DNA of 63,470 nt, counting the filler, from Octopus bimaculoides (Eukaryota): assembly GCF_001194135.2 (NCBI RefSeq). It is 9 parts of 9 records of this genome, joined end to end, with 100 filler letters (N's around TTAATTAATTAA, not from the genome) between each part and the next. Parts side by side here need not be neighbours in the genome. Positions count along the whole stretch, not along the records: positions 36,036 to 41,705 come from NC_068988.1; positions 41,806 to 55,259 come from NC_068985.1; 7 more parts are not named here. One strand, 5' to 3'. The translations under genes and the position numbers were made by a program. Positions 40,700-53,056 of this stretch are shown here, piece by piece. Position 1 is the stretch's first letter; every line of letters begins with the position of its first letter. The notes under the pieces are model-generated. The model worked only from the letters and a program-made list of their open reading frames with translations. It had not been told where the DNA came from and made no database searches.

Positions 40700-40935
40700 T
40701 CATAAACTAATTTTGTTCAACAGCTGTTTCAAAAAGATAAACACCATTGTACGTATAGTTACATAATTCTGAAACATAATTCTGGTTAATATAACATATT
40801 ATTCTTGGTGATTTGGCTAAACACAACTTCTAGTTTCATTTCAATTATATTAATATGAATTATTTATGCATTGTAGTTATTAAGATATACAATTAATGAT
40901 GTTTATCTTAATGAAACAGCTGTTAAACAAAATTC
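40700..40935. repeat. Imperfect inverted repeat, MITE-like
   Basis: AATTTTGTTCAACAGCTGTTTCAAAAAGATAAACA versus the reverse complement AATTTTGTTTAACAGCTGTTTCATTAAGATAAACA. Confidence 0.7.
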
Positions 40936-41190
40936 AAAGTATGAACTATTTGCGAAATCTATACTTTTCTTCTTTTATTCTAAATATGTTTGTCTTTTTA
41001 GCGATAATGTATTGACATACAAATCGGTCCCCTTAAATTTACTGCCCCATAGTAACGTATCGGGTTTAACGACCTTTTATCAACTGAGCTCGTAATTACA
41101 GCGAATATATATTTTCCCATGTTTATACATGAATTTTCTATATAGATAAACTGAAGTATAATAATTGGGCAGATTTGTTAATGTCTAACG

Positions 41191-41240
41191 CAGTGTTTCC
41201 CAACCTTTTTTCCCGGCGCCCCACTTTTTCATAGCAAAAG
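41191..41240 (+). mobile_element. hAT/Charlie-like terminal sequence (one end only)
   Basis: Starts CAGTGTTTCCCAACC, like Charlie TIRs; no partner TIR found. Confidence 0.35.
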
Positions 41241-41644
41241 TTTTTACGCCCAACCATCTTCTTCTTGTTTGGTTTGCTCATTTTCAATAGGGCTAACAAA
41301 AGATATTAAAATTGAAAGGTACAGTATTGAAAGTCTCGGGAGATGACACAAATCCAAGAAAGCGATGGAGACTCTAACGCATTTACTAAATAAATGTGGA
41401 TGCGTTATTGAATATATCATATTCGTGCGAATAACGCCATTTAAACACTTCTTTATGCATTTTGAATAGGTTATTGGCAGTTTCATACATGGCGCCATAT
41501 CTATCTTTAATGAGGGGCCAGCCCATTCTATTGTATCCATATGCAATGTTACATTGCTAGGATTTATATTGACCTATACACCAACAATTCAATTTTCAAA
41601 TATTGGCTGAAGAATCTATTACATAAACACAAACTTTCAGTTTT

Positions 41645-41705
<61 letters not shown>

Positions 41706-41902
41706 NNNNNNNNNNNNNNNNNNNNNNNNNNNNNNNNNNNNNNNNNNNNTTAATTAATTAANNNNNNNNNNNNNNNNNNNNNNNNNNNNNNNNNNNNNNN
41801 NNNNNATATATATATATATAGATATATATATATATATAGTTCAATATGTACAAAAAATTAAAGACACACACGCATATATGCGGATATATATATATGTGTT
41901 CG

Positions 41903-42045
41903 TGGGAGGACACATGACCTATTGGTTAGGGTTTTGCATTCATGATCATGAGATTGTAGTTTCAATTCATAGACCAGGTGGTGCACTGTGTTCTTGAGCA
42001 AAACACTTAATCGCACATTGCTCTGTGATCACTTCAACAGGAGAG
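41903..42045 (+). mobile_element. SINE family C, partial
   Basis: GTGGGAGG head and TGTTCTTGAGCAAAACACTT core. Confidence 0.75.
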
Positions 42046-42059
42046 CTCATTGTGTGTGT

Positions 42060-42470
42060 ACTCTTTTTCTTTACTCTTTTACTTGTGCCAGTTATTTGAC
42101 TGCGGCCATGCTGGAGCACCACCTTTAGTTGAGCAAATCGACCCCAGGACTTACTCTTTGTAAGCCTAGTACTTATTCTAATTCTATCGGTCTCTTTTGC
42201 CGAACTGCTATGTTACGGGGATGTAAACACACCACCATAGGTTGACAAGCGCTGTTGGGGGGACAAACACAGACACACAAACATATACACACATGTACAT
42301 ATATACATATACACAACGGGTTTCTTTCAGTTTCCATGTACCAAATCCACTCACAAGGCTTTGGTCAGCCTGAGGCTATAGTAGAAGACACTTGCCCATG
42401 GTGCCAGGCAGTAGGAATGAACCCAGAACCATATGGTTGGTAAGCAAGCTACTTACCACATAGCCACTCC
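42060..42470 (-). mobile_element. SINE family A, full length
   Basis: All modules present, including the internal CA/TA microsatellite. Confidence 0.9.
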
Positions 42471-42499
42471 TGTGTGTGTATGTCAACTCAACATGTGAC

Positions 42500-42720
42500 G
42501 CCATTAATTCAAACGTTTTTTTTTTTCATTTTCCATTTTCTTTCCTCGTTCCTTTCTGAAGAAGAGCATAGGCTCAAAATATCAAAGACTCTTCCATTTA
42601 GCCTGAGCATTAAAAAAACCTTTGTTGTTCCCTCACTTGTCTCTGTCTTAAATTTTTTGTACATTTTGAACAATATGTATATGTGTGTGTGTTTGTGTGT
42701 GTATACATATATATATATAT
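42500..42720 (+). mobile_element. Short dispersed repeat with a decayed hammerhead (42552-42587) and a (TA)n tail
   Basis: CTTT-CTGAAGA-A-GAGC-ATAG-GCTC-AAAAT-ATC-AAAG. The body resembles the copies at 36036-36280 and 45990-46130. Confidence 0.5.
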
Positions 42721-43472
42721 ATATATCAACACATTGATCCATTATCTGGGCTATCCCTGAAACAGCTGTAAAACATTATTATTTACTTTTGCTTACTTCG
42801 ATTCACTACTATAATGATTAAAATAGTTTAAATGATCTGATAAGCTTATCTTCTCTCTTCCTTTAATTTATACACATTGACTTGGAAGTAGGCTATGGAT
42901 CCCTAGCTCCGGCCCCCGTTGTGAACTTGGATCCTAGTGGCTTATCAATTGGAGCACTTTGCAGTGTGCCTATTAGTTTGGATCGCCAGTGACCTAAAGC
43001 CTTTGCTATTCTATTATATATATATTTGTAGATGTATACATAAGTACATATATATATATATATACATGCATATATTCATAAATATATATATCCATATATA
43101 TAGAGGGAGAAAGACGGACAGACAGACAGACAGAGCTTGATTAACATGGTTGCTACAGTTGGATGCCCTTCTTTATGCTAACTACTTTTCGGCATGTACT
43201 GCATGTTTTTCTCTTTCTCGTCCCATCAACACTAGGTTACCAAGCACACTGCAAAACTACAAATCTTGAGAGAGATAATTTTATACCGAGATGAGAGATT
43301 AAAGTATGAGGGAAGATGCCAGAGCAGAACAGGTTTCTTGATGAAGTGCTGTAAAGGAGCTATATGGTTACGCACATTTTAGAAGAGAGAGTTGGGATTC
43401 ATTAAGATGGAAATGAGAAGAGATAAGAAAGTTGTGATTGTATGTGTGTGTATATACATATAGATGTGTATG

Positions 43473-43508
<36 letters not shown>

Positions 43509-43534
43509 TCTACATACATACACACACACACATA

Positions 43535-43574
<40 letters not shown>

Positions 43575-43680
43575 NNNNNNNNNNATATATGAATAAAAAA
43601 AAATATATAAAAAAGGGTTTTGTATGATCGTGTATAGAGGAATATATTATTTAAAAGAGTTCCAACTCTGTCTGTACATC

Positions 43681-43713
43681 TTGATGACTGCCATGAGGCA
43701 GGAAAGTATACTA
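43681..43713 (+). ncRNA. Hammerhead-like core inside an inverted-repeat-flanked unit
   Basis: TTGATGA-CTGCC-ATGA-GGCAG-GAAA-GTATAC-TA. Perfect helix II and palindromic helix III (AGTATACT); helix I is not evident. Confidence 0.45.
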
Positions 43714-43876
43714 GTCCTTATATATTTAATACTCAATATTTCATATATTCAATAAGACATTCAATACTTCATTTCATTTTACTATTTATATTATATATTC
43801 CATATTCTATATCCCACATTAATTTTATAAGAATATAAATAAAACATAAAAAACAGACAGAGTTGGAATTCTTTTA

Positions 43877-43910
<34 letters not shown>

Positions 43911-44569
43911 TACACCTACACACAAACCACCCTCATCTCCACTAGCCCATACTGCTATACTCCCACACTTTCACACCTCTACAAACATCTCCCCTACACC
44001 TATTTGAATACTCAAGCACACATCTATATATGAACACACACACCATCTATACTCCCCCATTCTTCTAACTGCTATATTAGAACCACATTCCCACCTGACC
44101 TCTAACCCATCTTTGACCATTTATTTTGTTTTTCTTTCCTCCAATCACTTTTGTTCACTTATTCAATCTCCTATGTCTTTCTCGTATGATTTTCTTTCAT
44201 GTTTCACATGTGGAAGTCTAGCATCTGAAACACTAAGACTTTTTCCATTCTTTTTTTATGTTAAGCTAATACATACAGTATTTGACCCTGACTCATGGGG
44301 CTTATGCTTGTGGACAGTCTCTGCCCTGATAGCAATGAGCAGAAATATGGTCTGGGGGACAAGAATACCAGAGGTCTTTCCTGCTACAAGCTTGACAATA
44401 AACCTGTCAGAGAGCAACCAATACCTTGACAGTTTGCTTTTCTCAGCCTGACAAGCAGTGGAGCCTGGGCTGATAACTGAAAACATCAAGCTGTTGCTGG
44501 AGAAGGTATCACATCATGTGATATCCTAAATGAGAGACCTACCACCACGAACCAGAAAATTGTCATACC

Positions 44570-44744
44570 CTTTACATGTTTCAGTCATTTGACTGCGGCC
44601 ATGCTGGAGCACCACCTTTAGTCGAGCGAATCGACCCCAGGACTTATTCTTTGTAAGCCTAGTACTTATTCTATCGGTCTCGATTACAGGGATGTAAACA
44701 CACCAGCATCGGTTGTCAAGCGATGGTGGGGGGGACAAACACAG

Positions 44745-44789
<45 letters not shown>

Positions 44790-44953
44790 TACAACGGGCT
44801 TCTTTCAGTTTCCGTCTACCAAATCCACTCACAAGGCTTTGGTCAGCCCGAGGCTATAGTAGAAGACACTTGCATAAGGTGTCACGCAGTGGGACTGAAC
44901 GTGGAACCATGTGGTTGGTAAGCAAGCTACTTACCACACAGCCACTCCTACGC
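44570..44953 (-). mobile_element. SINE family A, near full length and low divergence
   Basis: Collinear with 42060-42470; interrupts an older unclassified fragment. Confidence 0.9.
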
Positions 44954-45519
44954 CTATGTCAGGACTTTTACCGCCTTTTCAGTCTAGTCCCACTGGCTCG
45001 AGCTGGGAAAAGAAGCCTGTGACATCTAGGCCATGTTTTATCACTTTGTTAAGGCTAGTTCGGGTTCAAAAGCGGCCATACACTATATATGTATGTATAT
45101 TTTCCTCCAAAAGTCCACACAATGACTGTTTCAATTTCAAGTTGTCATCAACTACCAAGTTGACACGATTGTTGTTCTAAATTTTTAAATATAAAAATAT
45201 AATGTCAATATAATGTATTATGCTTGTTGAAATTGCTCCATTCATAGTGGTGTACTTTCGTATTTAGTGCTCAATACAAAATACTAGAGTGGGGTTTTAT
45301 ATTTTTATAATGAAATGTTTGAAACAATAATCATGTCGACCTGGCACTTGATGACAACTTGAAAATGAAATGATCAGTGTGTGAACTTTTCAAGAAAAAT
45401 ATACTTACAAGTATGTGTGTGTGTGAGTGTGTATGTGTGTGTGTATGTACATACATATATGTACATAAAAGAATCATTATCATCGAGTGGACGTTAAATG
45501 ATGATGATGATGATTCTTT

Positions 45520-45640
45520 TGTTCATTCTTTTTTCTTTATTCAGTCATTTGACTGCAGCCATGCTGGAGCACTGCCTTTAGTCGAACAAATTGACCCCAG
45601 GACTTATTCTTTGTAAGACTAGTGCTTATTCTGTCTCTTT
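45520..45640 (-). mobile_element. SINE family A 3' end
   Basis: CAGTCATTTGACTGCAGCCATGCTGGAGCAC...CCCCAGGACTTATTCTTTGTAAG. Confidence 0.85.
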
Positions 45641-45989
45641 TAAAAGAATATATATATATATATATATATATAATAGGTTTTTATGCATTAGGCATGCATG
45701 ACCATCGCTGACAAGTGTTAAGAGTTGGCAATGTCCATGTAAGGGTTTGAAGTTGAGTATGGCTTGGACAACATCACGATGACTCTCATTAACAATGCTA
45801 AGGAAGCCCAGAGTCAAAGTGAAAGATACCTGGCTCAGGGGAGCAGCAAGTCTTACAGACAATTTAGCCTTCTCTTAGAGGGATGCTTTGACAAAAACCA
45901 GAGGTCTCTCATTCTCAGCAGGTTTACTGCGCCCTTGGATACCAACCCAAGTATTTCTATGTTCCAATGCATATATATATACATATATA

Positions 45990-46097
45990 TAACGCTCGAA
46001 ATGTTAAAAACTTTTTCAATTTCCGAGCATTATACTAATACATCTATTTGTTTACTACACCACCTGTCTTCGTCTTTTATTTTTTTGTAAATTCTCG

Positions 46098-46130
<33 letters not shown>
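45990..46130 (+). mobile_element. 3' part of the same short repeat family
   Basis: GCTCGAAATGTTAAAAACTT...CCGAGCATTATACTAATACATC...GTAAATTCTCGC followed by (TA)n. Confidence 0.55.
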
Positions 46131-46135
<5 letters not shown>

Positions 46136-46186
46136 GAGTGTACGTATACATTATATACATGAATGTATATATTTTAAATAGGTTGT

Positions 46187-47225
46187 GTGAAGGCGCATGG
46201 CTCAGTGGTTAGAGCGTTGAGCTTACGATTGTGAGGTTGTGAGTTCGAATCCCGGACCAGGCTGCTTGTTGTGTTCTTGAGCAAGACACTTCATTTCACG
46301 TTGCTCCAGTTCACTCAGCTGTAGAAATGAGTTGAGACGTCACAGGTGCCAAGCTGCATCGGTCTTTGCCTTTCCTTGGGATAACACTGGTGACGTGGAG
46401 AGGAGAGTCTGGTATGCATGGGCGACTGCTGGTCTTCCATAAACAAACTTGCCCGGACTTGTGCCTGGGAGGGTAACTTTCTAGGTGCAATCCCATGGTC
46501 AGTCATGGCCGAAGGGGGTCTCAGCAGGAAATATGCTGTGTTGTTGAGAAGCTCACTTTGCAACCACATGGCTTCAGGTTCAGCCACACAGCATGGCACC
46601 ATAGGCAAATATCTTCTATTATATCCTCAGGCCAACCGATATCTTGTGAGTGAATTTGATGGATGGAAACTGTGTGTCTTTGTTACACCTCTACATACAA
46701 TACAATACTTGAGAACTGCGTTTATCTCCCCATAACTTAGTGGTTCAGCAAAATCAACTAACAGAATACGAGCTGGGCTGAAAAAAGAATAAGTACACAT
46801 TGATTTTCTGGACTAAACTCTTCAAGGCAGTGCCCCAGGAAGGCTTCAGCTCAATGACTGAAACAATTAAAAAGATAAATATATATCGGTCACATGATTT
46901 CAGCTTAAGTCCTACTGGATGGCACCTTCTACTATATCCCAGGGCTGACCAAAGTGCTGTGAGTGGATTTGGTATATGGAAATAGAAAAAAGTTCATCGT
47001 GTGTGTGTGTGTGTGTTTATGCCTGCTTGTCTTAATAGCATGTTCTAGTTGTAAACAAATGCCACCATCATGCAAGTGGTGCCCTTCATTTCCAATCTTC
47101 AGTAGAAATATGATCGGCTTGGTGACAGGAAGGATATCTGGACATAGAATATTATTTACCAACGAATTTCACCTGACCCATACAAGCACGGAAGCGTGGC
47201 CGTTAAAATGATAATGATGATTGAT
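46187..47225 (+). mobile_element. SINE cluster: C variant (46187-46515), degenerate A (46530-46915), A core with alternative tail (46920-47225)
   Basis: A/B boxes TGGCTCAGTGG and GAGTTCGAATCC; A-core matches; tail GGCCGTTAAAATGATAATGATG. Confidence 0.75.
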
Positions 47226-47243
47226 GTTGATATGAACTTACTT

Positions 47244-47288
<45 letters not shown>

Positions 47289-48376
47289 NNNNNNNNNNNN
47301 NNNNNNNNNNNNNNNNNNNNNNNNNNNNNNNNNNNNNNNNNNNNNNNNNNNNNNNNNNNNNNNNNNNNNNNNNNNNNNNNNNNNNNNNNNNNNNNNNNNN
47401 NNNNNNNNNNNNNNNNNNNNNNNNNNNNNNNNNNNNNNNNNNNNNNNNNNNNNNNNNNNNNNNNNNNNNNNNNNNNNNNNNNNNNNNNNNNNNNNNNNNN
47501 NNNNNNNNNNNNNNNNNNNNNNNNNNNNNNNNNNNNNNNNNNNNNNNNNNNNNNNNNNNNNNNNNNNNNNNNNNNNNNNNNNNNNNNNNNNNNNNNNNNN
47601 NNNNNNNNNNNNNNNNNNNNNNNNNNNNNNNNNNNNNNNNNNNNNNNNNNNNNNNNNNNNNNNNNNNNNNNNNNNNNNNNNNNNNNNNNNNNNNNNNNNN
47701 NNNNNNNNNNNNNNNNNNNNNNNNNNNNNNNNNNNNNNNNNNNNNNNNNNNNNNNNNNNNNNNNNNNNNNNNNNNNNNNNNNNNNNNNNNNNNNNNNNNN
47801 NNNNNNNNNNNNNNNNNNNNNNNNNNNNNNNNNNNNNNNNNNNNNNNNNNNNNNNNNNNNNNNNNNNNNNNNNNNNNNNNNNNNNNNNNNNNNNNNNNNN
47901 NNNNNNNNNNNNNNNNNNNNNNNNNNNNNNNNNNNNNNNNNNNNNNNATATATATATATATAATTACACACACATACACCAAGCAGATATGTGTATATGA
48001 AGATATTGTTACAGATCGATTTCTTCGTACTGCGCATGATGATGCCAAATTTTCAATGGGAAGAGTTTATAGCCAGCATGATAATATTATATCAGTATTT
48101 GTTTTAGCAACCTAGACATGTTAGATTATCTTACATACTTCAAAATGCACCCATCTCAAAAACTACCCAATTTGATAAAAAAAAATATTTTACAAATCTT
48201 CAAAAATATATATAAGCAGTTGTATAATAATAATAGTAGTAGTTCATATTTCACATAGCATCATCATTCAGTTATGAAAAAATTGAATGGAGGAAAGCTG
48301 ATGATGTTCACGCCAGTGATGTAAATGAAAGCAATTTCGACTACTGGAGATCGAAATTGATTTGACGAAATCTTAC

Positions 48377-48494
48377 CACTGCAATAAACAAATGATAATG
48401 GTGGGCTAATAAATGAATGCGCCTCTACGCTGACACTCGGCCTACTAGAAACAGCAGTCATATCTCCTTCAAAGCACATCCTACTATCCAAATA
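48377..48494 (-). CDS. Probable next coding exon (YLDSRMCFEGDMTAVSSRPSVSVEAHSFISPPLSFVYCS)
   Basis: Acceptor CTCTGTTCTCTTCTTTTAG|T and donor AGTG|GTAAGA. 118 nt = 39 open codons + 1 (phase 0 in, matching the upstream exon; phase 1 out). No artificial linker lies between it and 52472-52700. Confidence 0.55.
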
Positions 48495-51400
48495 CTAAAA
48501 GAAGAGAACAGAGTGGATAAAGTAGTCCCAGATACATTATATCTGATGAAATTAAAATTAAAATACGGGACAATGGATGGCTTGGACGGCTTTCACCATA
48601 GCTTTAAATATAGCTGACGCGGGGTAAAACAACAATAATATATATGAAAGAAAGATTATATTTTATGATTACAGTAGATTTACTGATGTAGCCTTAGAAT
48701 TGAGATAAAGGAGTTAGTTCTTTGTGGATAGAAATAAAGAAATTTGCCAGATCAATAAAACGAATGCACAAGCTGTCTGTATCCATTTTCACACTCACAT
48801 TAGAAAAAGCGATCACCTTCGGTGGAGGCTTCAAGAATCCTTTTATTCAATAAATGGTTCGTGTGACAAAAAAAAATATCAATAATAATAATAATAATAA
48901 TGGATAGAGGAATCCATTTCTAGAAGCTAGCTTAATTCTGTTCCGTTGAGAAATTTGAACGAAAAACTATCCTAAATCTAATCATTAAACGAGCAACAAA
49001 GACATTATATAAGACCACCTATCTGCAGAATTGTCAAAAGGAGAAACTATCGAAATACTTCTTTCTGCAATATTCTACATTAAAACCGAAATATCCAAAA
49101 GACTTGAGATTCCTAGTTTTACTGTCTGCCAATATTTCAGATTTCGAAGAGTAAAAGGGAAAAGCTTATAAGCATACACACACACACACACACACATGTA
49201 TTTATAATATATACATAAACTGTTATATATCAATTTCACATATCTATATATATATATATNNNNNNNNNNNNNNNNNNNNNNNNNNNNNNNNNNNNNNNNN
49301 NNNNNNNNNNNNNNNNNNNNNNNNNNNNNNNNNNNNNNNNNNNNNNNNNNNNNNNNNNNNNNNNNNNNNNNNNNNNNNNNNNNNNNNNNNNNNNNNNNNN
49401 NNNNNNNNNNNNNNNNNNNNNNNNNNNNNNNNNNNNNNNNNNNNNNNNNNNNNNNNNNNNNNNNNNNNNNNNNNNNNNNNNNNNNNNNNNNNNNNNNNNN
49501 NNNNNNNNNNNNNNNNNNNNNNNNNNNNNNNNNNNNNNNNNNNNNNNNNNNNNNNNNNNNNNNNNNNNNNNNTATATATATATTACACATACACAATGTA
49601 CGTTGCCTTGCTGTTTCGTTTTCTTCTTTCATTGAACCGACAACAAAGAGAAACGGAGCACGGGCGACGTATCTCATTATCTCATTCTTAGGAGAAATTT
49701 ATCAAATATTACAACAGATAGCAACAGAGCTCGACTTGGCGTAATTGTGGCCAACCTAACACAAGTGCAAGCGACCAGCAGCAGTTTCTGTATTTCCGTA
49801 TACAACCACCATCTCCGCATTACCATAATTGATAAGTCGCTTCTATGGATGATCAAAAATATCCTAGGTTCCAATTGTAGTCATTCATTACTTCTATTAA
49901 CTACCATCACTCGAGGTATAATAAAGAAAAACAAAATTACTTAGTATTTAATGCAACTAATTAAGTGTTTTAAATAGAAATCCATTTTCAAGTTTCCTAT
50001 TCTTCTTTGTAACTGAATGTTAGGATAGAATATGTTAAATAAATGCAGACAGCATTCACTGAACCATCTGCAAAGCTGAGAAAGAGACATAGTTGCGGGA
50101 ATAACGAAAAAGGAGGAAATGGAGTGATACAATCGAAAATAATAAAATACTATTATACTACGTTCCTAGGAAATTAAAATTCGTTTCGATACAAAAGAAA
50201 AATACGTGTACTTATATGCCATCTAGTAGTAATGAAAATCAAGATGGAATACATAATAAATAGCATGGTTAGGAAATAAGACCGTCATCTATTGATTCTT
50301 CCTCCTCCTTCCTAATACACGACAATTACTGTTTTGTTGGCGGAGAGACTAGTTGAGATATATTTAAAACGAGTTTGAATTTTACAATGATCAAATGATC
50401 AAAAGCATACTATTATATATATATATATATATAATGTATGTATATATATATATAGTTTTTTACTCATTCATTTTATATATATATATATAAATGTGAATAA
50501 TATATACATATACATACATATATATGTGTTGTGTTGTGTGTGTGTGTGTGTGTTCCTTTGTTAGTCTTTCCTTAATATATGAAAGACAAGTGCCCGTACA
50601 TGAAAAAAAAATCATTTACATTTAGTGGTTAAAAATTCAAACAACCAGCAACCACCACTGACTGTAGTAGTTAAACGATGGTTTCGGAATAAGAGGCCGA
50701 TGCAATGAGAAGCATATGTATTTATTATATTATATATTAGTCGAACATATTCCGATGCAATGATAAGTAATATGCCTTTATATTAGTTTGCTGTAAAGTA
50801 ATAAATGTCAGAGATTAAAGGAGACAAGAAAAATTTATAAATATATATATGAAATAGGAAGAAAATAATATATGTTCAATGCGAGGAGGGGGGTGAAATT
50901 AATAATTAGACCTCCCGAAAACGAAATTCTGAAAGAGTAGCTATACTCGAAAATAAAGATCATCATAAATATTAATAAATTTCGATTTTATTTCATTACT
51001 AATGTTTATTAATTAACTAGATTATTTTGTGAAACATAACATAAGACAGAACTTTATATGAAAACGTAAAAAAAAAAAAAATGAAAATGAAAACGATAAT
51101 GCAACAATTGTTGTGATCGATGAGAAATTTTCCTCAAAATGGATAATAATTACAATTTAGAACAAGTATTTGGGTTTACATTCTGGAAATATACCAAATG
51201 AATGGTATTCTTAACAATGTTTCGTCGCTGACTGCATCCACAGCTAAATTGTTTTTGTCAATAATCAACATTATATGCTTACTTCCTACTTCTAGTACAA
51301 AGGCGCTAATTTTCAATCTTTTTAAATATATACCTAAACAAATGGGCATCTTTCATCGTTATACATATTTTGCAACTTCATACAACAAAAACAACTAAAA

Positions 51401-52471
51401 AAAATCAAATAGCTCGAATGAAATAACTAAAATTCCAAATAGCGAGAAGAAAGAAAATTATACATAGAAATGAAAGAATAAGAAAGGGGTGCTTTATTTG
51501 ATGTAATTGATTCCTTATTATTAAATATACACATATTCAAATAAAATATTTTCCATTGTGGTTTTTCAATTTCCCATGATTTTTCAGAGCTATTTATTTA
51601 AACCGGCATATGTTAATGACAAGGTAGCCAACAAGAGCGACCACTACTGACGTTACATTCATTATCAACCACAACTACATCTCGATCGAACAGCATCAGT
51701 AATGAAGGATGACGGAGGGGGGTAGCTATGGTAGACTCATTTCTAGCAGCATTTCAAGACATTCGCTTAAAATAAGATAGAGATCGATTAAAGCTGGTCG
51801 TATGATAAAGGCTAAATTACTGAACTCGTTCAATCTATGAATTACAGTTTTCAGTAGTAGGATGAAAAAATTTGAAGAAATGAATTAAAACTGAATTATG
51901 AAATAAATTGATCACCGAAGCATTATACAATATATAATGTTATATTAAGATGTAATTCGCGTATATATATATGGTTAACGAAAGCGGAGAAAAAAAGCAA
52001 TCATATAATTTCAATAAAATTATGATTAACGCTTTCAAGAACAAATCTATTTAAATTATTTTAAAAATTCATTCTTAAATGCTTAATACGGGAGATGGTG
52101 GATATCTAAATGCATTGAAACAAGACAATCTTGAATAGTCGTTGATGGAGTAATTAATCGTAAATTTAAATTTTCAAAAATAAATACCATAATGTTTGAA
52201 AAATCTCAGCTTAACATTTTTTTATTTATATGAAGATCATTTAAAACATCAGCATATATTAAATATAAAAATACACATGTTTGAAAGGAAATCTCCAGCC
52301 TTTATTCCCTAAAAGCTGGACATAAAATTCTGCAGAAAGAATGCGAGGGAGGTTAAATTAAACAATATGCAATACATTTTGGACCACAGAATTCTTTTGT
52401 GACTTACAAAAGGATTATAGAAACAATAAAAGTACATAAACAAGAAATAAATTTTTTTTAGTGTTCCTTAC

Positions 52472-52700
52472 CCTGGCAGCAGGCTTGCCCCGACCTCGGC
52501 TTCCCGACCTACCGCCGGCATTTCTGCTTCTTCCTCCCGAATATGGTCCTTGTTTGTAGTAGCCATTGACCAAATTCCCACCACTTATGTGAGCCATGCC
52601 TTGATTCACTGAGGAAGGTATGCTGGAGTTCGCCATGAATGTATTTGCTATTCTGGCTGAAGATACTGTCAAAGTGGAGAGTCCGCCAGTCACCCACCTC
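52472..52700 (-). CDS. Internal coding exon of an unidentified gene, with a Ser/Gly/Tyr-rich then RG-rich peptide (RWVTGGLSTL...NGYYKQGPYSGGRSRNAGGRSGSRGRGKPAAR)
   Basis: Acceptor CTACTTTTTTCCTCTTCCCCAATCTAG|G and donor GCCAGG|GTAAGG. 229 nt = 1 + 76 open codons (phase 2 in, phase 0 out). GC content is clearly above the flanks. Confidence 0.75.
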
Positions 52701-52964
52701 CTAGATTGGGGAAGAGGAAAAAAGTAGTTTCCTCTCGAGAAAAATCCTTCCTTCTTAACAGATCCTGAATTTGGAAAATAAGATCCCAAACGGGAAAGGA
52801 AGGTCGGGGGGAGGATAGGTGGGCGTTGGAACTAGAGCTTCAAAACTCTACCCGCACAAAGCCCTAGAACTGAGACAATGCGACACGAAAATAACCATAA
52901 CTAAAAAAATTAAAAACAAAGTTAAAAGTGAAAGTGTAAATCCCCCGACACCAACATTGTTTAC

Positions 52965-53056
52965 CGCATCATGTTATCTCCCCCTGCTTCTATAATTGTA
53001 TTTAACTGCAGACGACGTTTCTCTTGACCAGAAAGTACCACATAATAGAACGTCTT
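52965..53056 (-). CDS. Candidate upstream exon; may hold the start codon (AAC ATG ATG CG) or be fully coding (KTFYYVVLSGQEKRRLQLNTIIEAGGDNMMR)
   Basis: Poly-T tract then CTCGACAAAG|AAG (NAGNAG). Donor GCG|GTAAAC is moderate. Ends in phase 2, matching the 52700 acceptor. Confidence 0.35.

Noticed and set aside
44290-45960. LINE-like fragments at 44290-45070 and 45690-45960
   Set aside because: They look like decayed coding DNA (a KYLG-like motif in one), but I cannot assign a clade or boundaries.
49677-50132. Short ORFs and a strong acceptor-like tract near 50070
   Set aside because: No matching donor or recognisable peptide; left as possible intronic elements.
52509-52700. Alternative frame of the main exon (EVGDWRTLHF...KCRR*)
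   Set aside because: It stops before the strong donor, whereas the phase-2 frame is open to the donor.
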